This document shows, one piece after another, positions 1 through 8,633 of a stretch of DNA of 64,000 nucleotides. Position numbers and translations under genes: made by a program. Origin of the DNA: a virus; IMG/VR virus record IMGVR_UViG_3300036820_000011, positions 18,853-82,852 of that record; one strand, written 5' to 3'. The notes under the pieces were generated by a model. The model ran no database searches. It was not told where the DNA came from and worked only from the letters and a program-made list of their open reading frames with translations. Each line of letters starts with the position of its first letter. Positions within the stretch are counted from its first letter, which is position 1.

Positions 1-78
1 AGCCTCCCCGGGATGCCGCCTGCCCGGGAAGGCTGCCGCCACGTCCACCGACCGAACCGACCACCGAAGGGAACCGCC

Positions 79-285
79 ATGGCCGCCACCGTGCGCCAGG
101 AACTGGAGCAGCACCTGATCAACTGCGGCAACTGCCTCGGAGACATCGACGCCGGAGGCAACATCGTCCCGGTCAGCCTGTGCAGGACCGGGCGTCGGCT
201 GCACTTCGCCTACGCCTGGGACCTGGACGTCCAGGACGCCGTCCTGTCCGCCATGGAACGCGACCTGGCCGGGGGCACCGCATGA
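79..285 (+). CDS. hypothetical protein (CxxC)
   Basis: GAAGGG RBS then ATG79; stop overlaps next start (ATGA). Confidence 0.6.
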   Translation: MAATVRQELEQHLINCGNCLGDIDAGGNIVPVSLCRTGRRLHFAYAWDLDVQDAVLSAMERDLAGGTA

Positions 286-581
286 AGATCCTGATCAACA
301 TTGAGGTGCTGCTGCCGGACGACGAGGACAGCCTGGAGTTCTGGGCCGAGTTCGCCGACCGCCCGGTCCCCCGCGTGGGGGACGCCGTCCAGTTCGACCT
401 CGCCCATGACTTCGTGGTCGAGCGCGTCCAGTACGTGTTTCCGGCGGAAGGCGCGGCGGACGCCGGACCCGAAGTCTGGCTCTACTGCGTCCAGGGCGAG
501 GTCGAGTCCGGCATGGGCTGCACCGTCGCCACCTACCGCGAATACCTGGCCAGATTCGCTGCTGTCAGCTGGGAGCAGTGA
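282..581 (+). CDS. hypothetical protein
   Basis: ATGA overlap with the upstream gene; G/C-ending codons. Confidence 0.65.
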   Translation: MKILINIEVLLPDDEDSLEFWAEFADRPVPRVGDAVQFDLAHDFVVERVQYVFPAEGAADAGPEVWLYCVQGEVESGMGCTVATYREYLARFAAVSWEQ

Positions 582-582
582 C

Positions 583-819
583 ATGACCGTCTACTCGATC
601 CTGATGGGCCTGAACGGCATGTGGGGCGCGTACCTGGCCGGGAAGGCGAAGCCGCGCGGCTGGGCGATGCTCTTTCTCGGCCAGGTGCTCTGGCTCGGTT
701 ACGAGGTGATGGGCTGGGCCACGCTGAAGTGGCTGATCCCCAGCACGCTCGGCTACCTGGCTGTCTACATCGTCAATTACCGGCGGCTGCGCCGGTCCCG
801 AGCAGAAGAGGACACCTGA
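583..819 (+). CDS. small membrane protein (PnuC-like phage family possible)
   Basis: About 3 hydrophobic segments, GWAML..GQVLWL.Y pattern. Confidence 0.55.
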   Translation: MTVYSILMGLNGMWGAYLAGKAKPRGWAMLFLGQVLWLGYEVMGWATLKWLIPSTLGYLAVYIVNYRRLRRSRAEEDT

Positions 820-821
820 CC

Positions 822-1019
822 ATGCCCATCCGCTACAGCCACAAGACCACGATCATCCCTGGCCTGCTGGCCATGCACGTCAACAAGGAATCGCACAGCT
901 GGACCTGGGGCAACGCGCTGATCGGGCACCTGACCCTCTCCAGTAACGGCACCCGGACCTACTCCCACGTCCTGCTCGGCGGGGCCAGCTACCGCAGGAC
1001 GAGCCGGAGGCAGCCGTGA
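822..1019 (+). CDS. DUF4236-like protein
   Basis: MPIRY..K..IIPGLL..VNK.S.SWT.G...T.SS.G.RT.S...GG.SYR resembles DUF4236; GAGGA RBS. Confidence 0.55.
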   Translation: MPIRYSHKTTIIPGLLAMHVNKESHSWTWGNALIGHLTLSSNGTRTYSHVLLGGASYRRTSRRQP

Positions 1020-1147
1020 GCCACTACGCATACGCCTACGCCTACGTCGAGAACTGCTGAGCGCAGCACGGTGGGAGCCGTTTCACGTGAAACGGCTCCC
1101 GGCCACGGGTGCTCAGCCCGCACGACCAACGACCGAGAGGAACCGCC

Positions 1148-1387
1148 ATGTCCGACACTTACGCCATCCGCACCGATCGCCTCCGCCCGGGGGACGTCAT
1201 CGTGGAGCGGGAGCACACGTTCACCCGCCGTACCGAGGTCGTCATCCTTCCGGCCCCGGTCACGATCAACTACGGCCCGCTGACCGTGGACGTCTTCGAG
1301 GTCAGCGGATTCGACAACGCCCACGGCACGGACCGCAAGGTCCGGTTCGTCGCTCCCGGGTCGCGGCTGTGGTCCGTCGCCCGGTGA
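1148..1387 (+). CDS. hypothetical protein
   Basis: GAGAGGA RBS; LRPGDVIV beta-rich pattern. Confidence 0.6.
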   Translation: MSDTYAIRTDRLRPGDVIVEREHTFTRRTEVVILPAPVTINYGPLTVDVFEVSGFDNAHGTDRKVRFVAPGSRLWSVAR

Positions 1388-1722
1388 CCGGGCTCCCGCT
1401 GTCCGCCATGGAGCTGTTCATCCTCCAGCGCATGGCGCTGGGGGACACCTACACCGAATCGGGCAGGCGGTGGGGGACGACCGGGAGGAGTGCGGGATTC
1501 GCCGGGTACCGGGCCATCCACAAGCTCGGTGCCCGGAACATCGTGCACGCCGCAGTCATCGCCCTGACCACCGGTCTCATCCACCCTGAGGAGTGCGGGA
1601 CGGTCCGGACCTACTACTGGCACAAGGCGCACGGCGAGAAGCCGTGCACCGCCTGCAAGGCCGCGCGCGGGGACCACGACCGGCCACTCGCCTACTACCG
1701 CCGAAAGGACCAGCAGTCATGA
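1384..1722 (+). CDS. LuxR-type HTH protein with C-terminal Cys/His motif
   Basis: LS..E..ILQRMALG.T...KLGARN..HA; CGT...Y..H...GE.PC.AC. Confidence 0.65.
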   Translation: MTGLPLSAMELFILQRMALGDTYTESGRRWGTTGRSAGFAGYRAIHKLGARNIVHAAVIALTTGLIHPEECGTVRTYYWHKAHGEKPCTACKAARGDHDRPLAYYRRKDQQS

Positions 1723-1904
1723 CACGCAAGCCGAAGGACATGCCCGACCCGGTCACCGATCCCGAGGCGTTCGACGCCTGGGCCACGGAGCTGGCGAAGG
1801 AGACAGCGAAGTCGGCCCACAAGAGCCGCGTCGTGAACAACTCCGGGATCATCAACACCGGAACAATGATCAACGTCCAGAACGGCGGAGGTGACCAGCG
1901 GTGA
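1719..1904 (+). CDS. hypothetical protein
   Basis: ATGA/GTGA overlaps on both sides. Confidence 0.5.
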   Translation: MTRKPKDMPDPVTDPEAFDAWATELAKETAKSAHKSRVVNNSGIINTGTMINVQNGGGDQR

Positions 1905-2107
1905 GCTGCAAGCGCTGTCCGCACGGGTACGAGACCCTGGTCCGCCTGCCCTACCACGGGGCCCGCCGGGACAACGGCCCGGCCGCCGACGCCATCGCCG
2001 AGATGACGGGCGACGGCGCGCACGTCCACCACAACATGGACACCGACAACTTCGACGTCGTCCGGCCCCTGAGCGACCCCGGTCTCCGGCTGCGGGCGCA
2101 CCCGTGA
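1901..2107 (+). CDS. hypothetical protein
   Basis: GGAGG RBS; coupled overlaps. Confidence 0.5.
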   Translation: MSCKRCPHGYETLVRLPYHGARRDNGPAADAIAEMTGDGAHVHHNMDTDNFDVVRPLSDPGLRLRAHP

Positions 2108-2352
2108 GCAGGCCGGTCTGGACCCATCGCGTCCTCCTGGCCTATGAGCCGGGAGCCAGCCCTGTGCATCTGGCCAGGCAGCTGCCCGGCACGCGGTGGA
2201 TGGTCACCGCCTGCGCCGTCACCGCCTCGCGGATCAGTTGGCACGACTGGATCAGCGACGACACATCCGAGCCCGCCACCTACCGGGACTGCCTCGCCGT
2301 GCAGGCATCCCTGCAGAACGGCCGGGTCCGGGAGAACACACGCCGGAACTGA
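2104..2352 (+). CDS. hypothetical protein
   Basis: GTGA overlap with the upstream gene. Confidence 0.45.
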   Translation: MSRPVWTHRVLLAYEPGASPVHLARQLPGTRWMVTACAVTASRISWHDWISDDTSEPATYRDCLAVQASLQNGRVRENTRRN

Positions 2353-2379
2353 CCACCGACGAACAGAGAGGAAACGACC

Positions 2380-2781
2380 GTGCCGCACATCGACTCGTAC
2401 AGGATCAGGGAGGTAGGTACCCGGGCCGGTCTGCGGATCGGCCCCCACTACCGCACCCCGCAGGACGACACGGCGCTGGTCGCCGTGTCCCGCTCGGCCT
2501 CCGACACCGGGATATCGTTCCTGCTGGAGCGCGACCAGGTCGCCCCGCTGGCCGACTTCCTGGCCAGCGGCGGCCAAGTACTCGCCTGGGAGACCGCGTC
2601 CCGGACCCTGACCGTCCACCGCTCCGGCGGTTCCTGGCGGTGGTCCGTCGGGAGCAGCACCGTCGACGGGTCCTCGCGCAGCGTCTGCCTGGACCGGGCG
2701 CAGATGCTGGAGCTGGCCGACTGGCTCTCGCACATCGACGCCTTCGGCTGGGCCGGATGGAAGTCGGGTGTATCCGCATGA
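2380..2781 (+). CDS. hypothetical protein with internal duplication
   Basis: GAGAGG RBS; two similar halves (LERDQVAPLADFL / LDRAQMLELADWL). Confidence 0.6.
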   Translation: MPHIDSYRIREVGTRAGLRIGPHYRTPQDDTALVAVSRSASDTGISFLLERDQVAPLADFLASGGQVLAWETASRTLTVHRSGGSWRWSVGSSTVDGSSRSVCLDRAQMLELADWLSHIDAFGWAGWKSGVSA

Positions 2782-2824
2782 TCCAGGCGTACCCTGCGGC
2801 CAGGACCCCGCTGCAGGAGGCGCT

Positions 2825-3118
2825 GTGATCCACGACATCCTGATCTGGTTCGGTGTCACCAACGGCTCCGGCCACGCCTACCTCGCGTGGTCCGGTGCGG
2901 GGTCCGATATAGGGGAGATCACCATCATCGGTGGTCTCGCCATGGTCCTGCGGAAGCACAACTGCGAAGTGAGCGGCTGCTGGCGGCTCGGCCGCCACGA
3001 CACGGCAGCAGGGCACACGGTCTGCCGCAGGCACCATCCGGACGGAGCACCGACCCACGCGGACATCGTGGCCGCACACCATGCCGCCCTAGCGGCGGCG
3101 CGGGACTCCTCACAGTAA
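2825..3118 (+). CDS. membrane protein with Cys/His-rich C-terminus
   Basis: AGGAGG RBS; Y.AWSG.GSD + TM + HNC...GCWRLG.H...CRRHHP. Confidence 0.65.
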   Translation: MIHDILIWFGVTNGSGHAYLAWSGAGSDIGEITIIGGLAMVLRKHNCEVSGCWRLGRHDTAAGHTVCRRHHPDGAPTHADIVAAHHAALAAARDSSQ

Positions 3119-3218
3119 CCGCATCATCTCGAATCCCCCGGACCCCGGGATTCCCCGGCACCCCGCGAGCCAGCACACTCGTGCCAGGTGCACCTGTCCA
3201 CCGGCCCGAGGGGACCAC

Positions 3219-3671
3219 ATGACCATGGCCGCGCACGTCCCGCCCGTCCGCATCCCGGCCTGGGAGGACTCCGCGCTCTGCCGCAGAGCGACGCCGGAGC
3301 AGATCGAGGCCGATTTCTTCCCGCTCATGGAGACCGAACTCCGGGCCCAGCGCACCTACGACCGCTGGTGCGGCGAGTGCCCGGTGATACATGAATGCCT
3401 GACCAGGGCACTGCTGTGCCACTCCGAGGGCATCTATGCCGGGACGACCACCGGCACCCGCACCAAGCTGCTGAAGCGCCGCAGCCGGGCCAGGTGCCCG
3501 GTGCCGGGATGCCACGCGGCTGTCGACATAGAGATCACTGACCCGAGGGATGGAGAGATCATGCTGTCCGAGGTATGCCGCTGCTGCGGTGCGTCCTGGA
3601 AGGCCGACGGCCCGCCCGGCTCCAAGCCGGTGGCCCTGAGACTGAGCACATCCCCTGCGGTGGAGCCGTGA
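3219..3671 (+). CDS. whiB: WhiB-family transcription factor
   Basis: W..SALC...FFP...C.ECPV..EC...AL....GIYAG: four Cys plus the turn motif; extra CxxxC/CxxC tail. Confidence 0.85.
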   Translation: MTMAAHVPPVRIPAWEDSALCRRATPEQIEADFFPLMETELRAQRTYDRWCGECPVIHECLTRALLCHSEGIYAGTTTGTRTKLLKRRSRARCPVPGCHAAVDIEITDPRDGEIMLSEVCRCCGASWKADGPPGSKPVALRLSTSPAVEP

Positions 3672-3874
3672 GCGCGGCCTACACCGCCGCCGATCTGGCC
3701 GACCACGCCGACCGGCTGACCGAGCTGCTGGAGGCCAAGCGCGAGCAGTGCATCCAGGCCAGCCCGCAGTACACGATCTGGATCAACTGCCAGATCAAGG
3801 CGTTGTCCGAGCGGCTGGCAGAGATCGACCGCCAGTGCCGCGTCCTGCAGCGGAAGACCCCCCGCGCTGGATAG
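3668..3874 (+). CDS. hypothetical coiled-coil protein
   Basis: GTGA overlap with whiB; converges on the glycosyltransferase. Confidence 0.5.
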   Translation: MSAAYTAADLADHADRLTELLEAKREQCIQASPQYTIWINCQIKALSERLAEIDRQCRVLQRKTPRAG

Positions 3875-4925
3875 CCAGCGCTTCTGCCCAGACCTCAGCC
3901 CATCGCCACGCATGATCACTAATCCTGAGCCCGTCTGTGGCTGCCCGACCCTGGTCGGACAGCTCCAGGCGGGCTCTTTCATTTGTCCGCAGCAGATTGA
4001 TCTTGGAGTACCAGGTGCGCGGCCGATCGGCCAGCAGGCCCACCCCGAGTGCGTGCAGCCGGACGTAGTCCTCACGCGGGGACATCACACACGGCACACC
4101 AGTCACTGCCATCTCCATCGGCTTGAGCGCCGATTTTCCGGCGTTGAATTTCGTGTCCGCCAGCGGGGCGATGCCGATGCCGAGCCGGGCCACGGCGGCG
4201 GGCCACTCGGCCATGTCGATGATGTCCCCGCCGGGCGGGTCCTTCAGCAGCCCGAACGCCTCGCCGCATCCGGCCGGACCGCCCACGATGCGGAACTGCG
4301 CACCCTCGTTGACCAGCCGGGCCACGGCCCCGCCCAGGACCGAGGGGTCGTCCGGGTGGGAGACCAGGGTAGCGGGCCAGCCGATCACCTCGCTGTCGGT
4401 GCGCGGCAGGCCGTAGTAGTGGTCCGGCAGGAAGTTGGGGATCACCCGGCCCCGGCCGTGCTGGGCGTAGACCTTCAGCAGCGCGGGCGTGGTCGCCGTC
4501 ACCAGGGTTGCGTCCCGGCACGCTTGCGCGAGGTAGGTCCAGGAGTGCCGCTGCTGCCTGCCGCGCTGCTGCGGGACCCGGGTGTGCCGGGGATGCAACT
4601 GCTCGTACGCCGGGTTCCGGGGGTGGATCGAGGACAGGTCGTCGTCCACGTCCACCACCACGGCGACCCCCTTGCCCCGCAGGATCGAGACGGCCTGGCA
4701 CAGCCAGGGGTGGGTGAGCCGCTGGAAGACCACCACGTCGGTGTCGTCCGTGGTCATCAGGACGTCGGAGACGATGTTGTCCGCACCGACGATCAGTTTG
4801 ATGTCCCGGCCGCTGGGCTCGATCACCTCGACGTCCAGGCCCTGGGCCTGCAGCGCGCGGGCGGGCCAGGTCAGCCGGAAATGCCCACACGCGAAGACAT
4901 CCGCCGGGTAACAGGTGACACGCAT
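3795..4925 (-). CDS. glycosyltransferase (GT-B, GT4-like)
   Basis: ACGHFR..WP, DVVVFQR, VVDVDDDL, IGIAPLADTKFN.GKS.LK.ME motifs. Confidence 0.85.
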   Translation of the reverse strand: MRVTCYPADVFACGHFRLTWPARALQAQGLDVEVIEPSGRDIKLIVGADNIVSDVLMTTDDTDVVVFQRLTHPWLCQAVSILRGKGVAVVVDVDDDLSSIHPRNPAYEQLHPRHTRVPQQRGRQQRHSWTYLAQACRDATLVTATTPALLKVYAQHGRGRVIPNFLPDHYYGLPRTDSEVIGWPATLVSHPDDPSVLGGAVARLVNEGAQFRIVGGPAGCGEAFGLLKDPPGGDIIDMAEWPAAVARLGIGIAPLADTKFNAGKSALKPMEMAVTGVPCVMSPREDYVRLHALGVGLLADRPRTWYSKINLLRTNERARLELSDQGRAATDGLRISDHAWRWAEVWAEALAIQRGGSSAAGRGTGGRSLPAARTTP

Positions 4926-4934
4926 GTTCAGTCC

Positions 4935-5252
4935 TTACACGGCGGGGTTGGCAGTGGCGTGCCCGGCAGCGAGCCCGGCAGTGGCGACGACGACTGGCAC
5001 CGGCTGGGGGGCGACGACCGGCTCCGGCGGGTACCGACCGGCCAGTGCCGTGTCCAGCTCGGCCAGGAGTTCGCTGTCAGTGATCACGCCGCTGTCCACC
5101 AGCAGCTTGATCAGAATGGATACGATGAACAGCACGCTGACCACGGCGACCCGGATCGACTGGCTCTCCATCGCCAGGTCGACCCCGAGCGAGGCGGAGA
5201 ACTTCTCGACGGCGGGTCGCAGCACGCCGCCGTACTGCCCGATCGTGGTCAC
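4935..5252 (-). CDS. hypothetical protein
   Basis: GTG start overlapping the TGA of the upstream gene; one hydrophobic segment. Confidence 0.55.
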   Translation of the reverse strand: MTTIGQYGGVLRPAVEKFSASLGVDLAMESQSIRVAVVSVLFIVSILIKLLVDSGVITDSELLAELDTALAGRYPPEPVVAPQPVPVVVATAGLAAGHATANPAV

Positions 5253-5794
5253 AGCGGGATCACCGTGATCCACCGGTCGGAGAAGGTGCCGGTACCAGAG
5301 CCGACCCGGTAGGCAGCCGTGAACGTGTTGCTGCCCGCCGTCAGTCCGGTGAACAGGCCGAACCAGCCACTGCGCCCGCCCTGGGTACCGAAGTTGCCGC
5401 CTGCGCTGGTGTCGTCCACCGCACTGATCGAAGACGCGCCGGAGACCTCGAAGCTCATGACAGAGCTGACCGTTCCGGAGTTCTGGCTGGCGCAGTAGAC
5501 ACTCACCAGGGCGTGCTGACCGGTCGTGACGGTGACTACCGGTCCGCTGGTCGTCGTCAGATTCGTCGTGTAGGTGGCCGAGGTCGTGGTATCGCTGGTT
5601 GCCACTTCCTGGGCGGCGATGGTCCGGGCGGCCAGGGCGTTGGCCCCGGTGGCCACCAGGATCTGGGCCCCTGCGGAGACCAGGGCGTTGCAGGAGGCGT
5701 TGAAGTTGTCCCGGACGGAGGCGTTCCATTGCGCAGCCGTCAGGATGGCTCCGGAAACCGCAGTCAGCGGCGCGGTCCACGCAATCTTGATCAC
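5249..5794 (-). CDS. minor tail protein
   Basis: WTAP.T...G..LTAAQWN..VRDN N-terminus typical of actinophage tail proteins; GLTAGSNTFTAAYR. Confidence 0.7.
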   Translation of the reverse strand: MIKIAWTAPLTAVSGAILTAAQWNASVRDNFNASCNALVSAGAQILVATGANALAARTIAAQEVATSDTTTSATYTTNLTTTSGPVVTVTTGQHALVSVYCASQNSGTVSSVMSFEVSGASSISAVDDTSAGGNFGTQGGRSGWFGLFTGLTAGSNTFTAAYRVGSGTGTFSDRWITVIPL

Positions 5795-5815
5795 CTCCTT
5801 CCGGATAAGTCGGTC

Positions 5816-6079
5816 TCAGGGGTTGGCGGTACCGGACGCCTTCGCCGTTCCGGTCCTGACCGTGGCCGACCGGGACGCCGTCGGGGACGCCGTCGGGGAC
5901 GCCAGCCTCCCCTCCAGTTCGAGCAGCCGGGCCTCCAGTGCGGCGACCTGGGCGGCTAGCGCAGCGGTCTCCTGTGCGGCCCTGGCCCGTATCTTCTCCT
6001 CGGTGCTGGCGACCGCCGCCTCCAGGCGGGCCTCCATCGCCTGGACAGCTGCCTCGATCGTCTGTGCGTTCACGCCCAT
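5816..6079 (-). CDS. coiled-coil hypothetical protein
   Basis: GGAG RBS; heptad Ala/Glu-rich sequence. Confidence 0.55.
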   Translation of the reverse strand: MGVNAQTIEAAVQAMEARLEAAVASTEEKIRARAAQETAALAAQVAALEARLLELEGRLASPTASPTASRSATVRTGTAKASGTANP

Positions 6080-6119
6080 GTCTCCACTCCCCTGCCTCGT
6101 TCCGGACGGTGCCAGGATG

Positions 6120-6509
6120 TCACGTCCGCGCCCTCCTGCCGTCCGGGACGCCGTGCGCCTCGTTCTCGGCCCGCAGGTCGGCGATGCTCTGGCCGTGGGG
6201 AACATGAAATGCCACGGCTACCGGGTGGTCCGCCGGGTACCAGTTGCGGGTGCCGGGTACGGGCCGCTGATGCAGGACGGCCATCGCGGCAGTAGCGAAC
6301 CGCTGGGACGGCCAGCTGATCTCCGCCGAGGCGTTGCACTCCGAACAGCGGAACAGCAGTCGGGGAACGTCCCGGGGGTTGTCCGGTCCGACCGGCAGGT
6401 GTGGCCTGCGCAGAGCGAACAGGAACTCAGTGTCCGCGCAGTCCGGCCGTACGCAGTCGGCTACCCATTCACCCCGGTAGACGTAGGCGCGTGCTTCCAC
6501 GGTGCTCAC
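6120..6509 (-). CDS. hypothetical Cys-containing protein in tail module
   Basis: GEWVADC..PDC...F.CSEC...RNWYP...L.AEN..HG. Confidence 0.65.
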   Translation of the reverse strand: MSTVEARAYVYRGEWVADCVRPDCADTEFLFALRRPHLPVGPDNPRDVPRLLFRCSECNASAEISWPSQRFATAAMAVLHQRPVPGTRNWYPADHPVAVAFHVPHGQSIADLRAENEAHGVPDGRRART

Positions 6510-8632
6510 ATCCCGAAGACGTTGGTGTTGAACAGGCCGTTAGTGGCGCTGTTGAAGATGAACACGTTGGCCGGGTTGTTGTACAGGGGGTCCTCGTTCT
6601 GCTGCTCACAGGCGAGCACCACGGCATGGACCGGCGGGACCCCGAGCTGGTTCATGCGCTGGATCGTGTGGGCGACGTTCTCCACGTAGTAGGTGTTGTC
6701 GGAGCCCAGCTCGTCGTTCTGAATGGCCACCAGATCGGAGATCGTCCGGCTGATGACGTGGGTGTAGTGGCCCGGGTCGCCGCTCACCAGCCGCATGGAG
6801 ATCGTCGGCACCCGCTGCGCGTACCGGCGGACGATCAGTTCGGCGATGGCCTGGGCATCCCACAGCCCGGCCCACGGGCACGGGTTCTGGTAGTCCTGCT
6901 CGCCGTGTTCACCGATGCTGGTCAGGTCCTGGTAGACCACATTCAGGGTCTCGGTGACCGGGATCGGGTAGGCCTGCAACTGGAGTCCGGACAACTGGAC
7001 GACCGACCCGGTCGCCGTATAGGTGATACTGACCGCTGCACCGGATGTCTGGCTCAGGCTCACCGCCACGGTACCTGACCCGATCACGGTGTAGTCGACT
7101 CCCAGTTGCGGCACGACGGCTCCGGTGAACGGGTCGGACGTGGTGACGATGAGCACGTACGGCGTTCCCGGGGTGACCGTGATCGTGTCGGTAGACGACC
7201 AGACCGGGCCGAGGACCCCGGTCGGGGCCCGCTGGGTCACGCTGAACTGCACACTGTTCAGGATGGCCAGCCAGCCGTGGTCGTAGGTGAACGGTGGCGT
7301 GAAGGTCAGTGCCGTGACCGGCGGGGTTCCGCAGCCGGGCGGGTCCGTGATCTCGGGTGTGTAGAAGGAGCCCTGCACGTTCTGGCTCGCCGCGTACAGC
7401 GCCCGGTGGCTGCGGTCCCGGAAGGTGAAGGTCCCGTCGGGGGCCACGTAGGCGATCGACGGCGGTCCCTCGGACTGGATGATGTCGTTGATCGCGTTCC
7501 CGGCCGCGTAGGCGCTCAGCCACCAGTACGGGAGGTAGCTGACTCCCGGGTCGATCGACGTCGGACCCGTCCAGCCGACGGCGTCCAGTATGTAGTTGAT
7601 CGCGTCCCCGGTCCGCAGTCCGGTGTAGAGCGGTGTCGTAATCAGGTTGTTGGTCCAGAACTGCTCGTCGTCGCTGACCGTGAAGTCGACGGTGCGGTTG
7701 CCCCAGTCGACGTTCACCGTGTAGTTGTTGATCCGGCCGTGCAGGATGTCCGTGGTCGCACCGTTCCAGGTGGTCTGCAGGGACACAGTGCGGGCAGCGT
7801 CCAGGTTGCCGTACAGCGGGGAGTCGGACCGCTCGGGGGAGTAGGTCCGGGCGGTGTTGTTCAGCGAGAACGCACCCTGCCCGAGAGAGGCCGGAGTGGT
7901 CTGGCGGTAGGTGTCCCGGCCGTAGCTGTAGGTGATCCCGCCGCTGAGCAGGTCCGGCAGGGCGAAGTCGAGTGGCGGGACCGAGTTCATGTTCTCGGCC
8001 CCGGTGGGGTCCATGAGCATGAGCCCGTAGACATAGAAGACGTTGGACGGTCCCGGCGTACCGCTGGCGCGGGCGTACACCTCGGCCTGGGAGGAGGACG
8101 ACGGCGCGGTCAGTGGCGCGGTCAGCCGGGTCCATTGCCCGGCCGGAATCGCCGTGCTGCTCCCGGCACTCCCGGACAAGAGCGTTCCGGACGAGTTGTA
8201 CCAGTTGGTTCCTACCTGGATGCCTGCCGCCCACCCGCCGGGAGAGTAGACCCAGCAGTCGCCGGTGTAGGAGTTGGAGGGGACGATCGTACCGGTTGCC
8301 GTGTGTACTGCTCCGTTGACCCCGCAGGTACTGAACCCGCCGGTCGGCAGGACTTCGATGCACGGCACGGCGGGCTGCGTCGGAGCATTCTTCACCCAGT
8401 TGATTGAGCACTGGAAGGACTGCCAGCCGGAGGCGTCGAACAGCATGTAGGGATTGGCAGTGAGCACGTTCCCGGCGGCGGTGAACCCGGCCTGCTCCCA
8501 GTCGATGCCGAGCACGTAGGTCGGCATCGCGGAGGCGTTGCACAGGTTCCACTGCGGGACCAGGTACGGAGTCCCGCCCAGTACGGTCCCGGTGGCAGTG
8601 GCGACTCCGGGATGGGCGGTCGTGGACGGCAT
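6506..8632 (-). CDS. minor tail protein (hub/tip) with N-terminal carbohydrate-binding-like insert
   Basis: Directly downstream of tape measure; L.N..RTYSP...SPLYG, TFTFRDR motifs. Confidence 0.75.
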   Translation of the reverse strand: MPSTTAHPGVATATGTVLGGTPYLVPQWNLCNASAMPTYVLGIDWEQAGFTAAGNVLTANPYMLFDASGWQSFQCSINWVKNAPTQPAVPCIEVLPTGGFSTCGVNGAVHTATGTIVPSNSYTGDCWVYSPGGWAAGIQVGTNWYNSSGTLLSGSAGSSTAIPAGQWTRLTAPLTAPSSSSQAEVYARASGTPGPSNVFYVYGLMLMDPTGAENMNSVPPLDFALPDLLSGGITYSYGRDTYRQTTPASLGQGAFSLNNTARTYSPERSDSPLYGNLDAARTVSLQTTWNGATTDILHGRINNYTVNVDWGNRTVDFTVSDDEQFWTNNLITTPLYTGLRTGDAINYILDAVGWTGPTSIDPGVSYLPYWWLSAYAAGNAINDIIQSEGPPSIAYVAPDGTFTFRDRSHRALYAASQNVQGSFYTPEITDPPGCGTPPVTALTFTPPFTYDHGWLAILNSVQFSVTQRAPTGVLGPVWSSTDTITVTPGTPYVLIVTTSDPFTGAVVPQLGVDYTVIGSGTVAVSLSQTSGAAVSITYTATGSVVQLSGLQLQAYPIPVTETLNVVYQDLTSIGEHGEQDYQNPCPWAGLWDAQAIAELIVRRYAQRVPTISMRLVSGDPGHYTHVISRTISDLVAIQNDELGSDNTYYVENVAHTIQRMNQLGVPPVHAVVLACEQQNEDPLYNNPANVFIFNSATNGLFNTNVFGM

Positions 8633-8633
8633 G

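Noticed and set aside
5871-5903. 12-bp tandem repeat (gggacgccgtcg)
   Set aside because: Short coding repeat giving ASPT-ASPT in a low-complexity tail; no evidence of function
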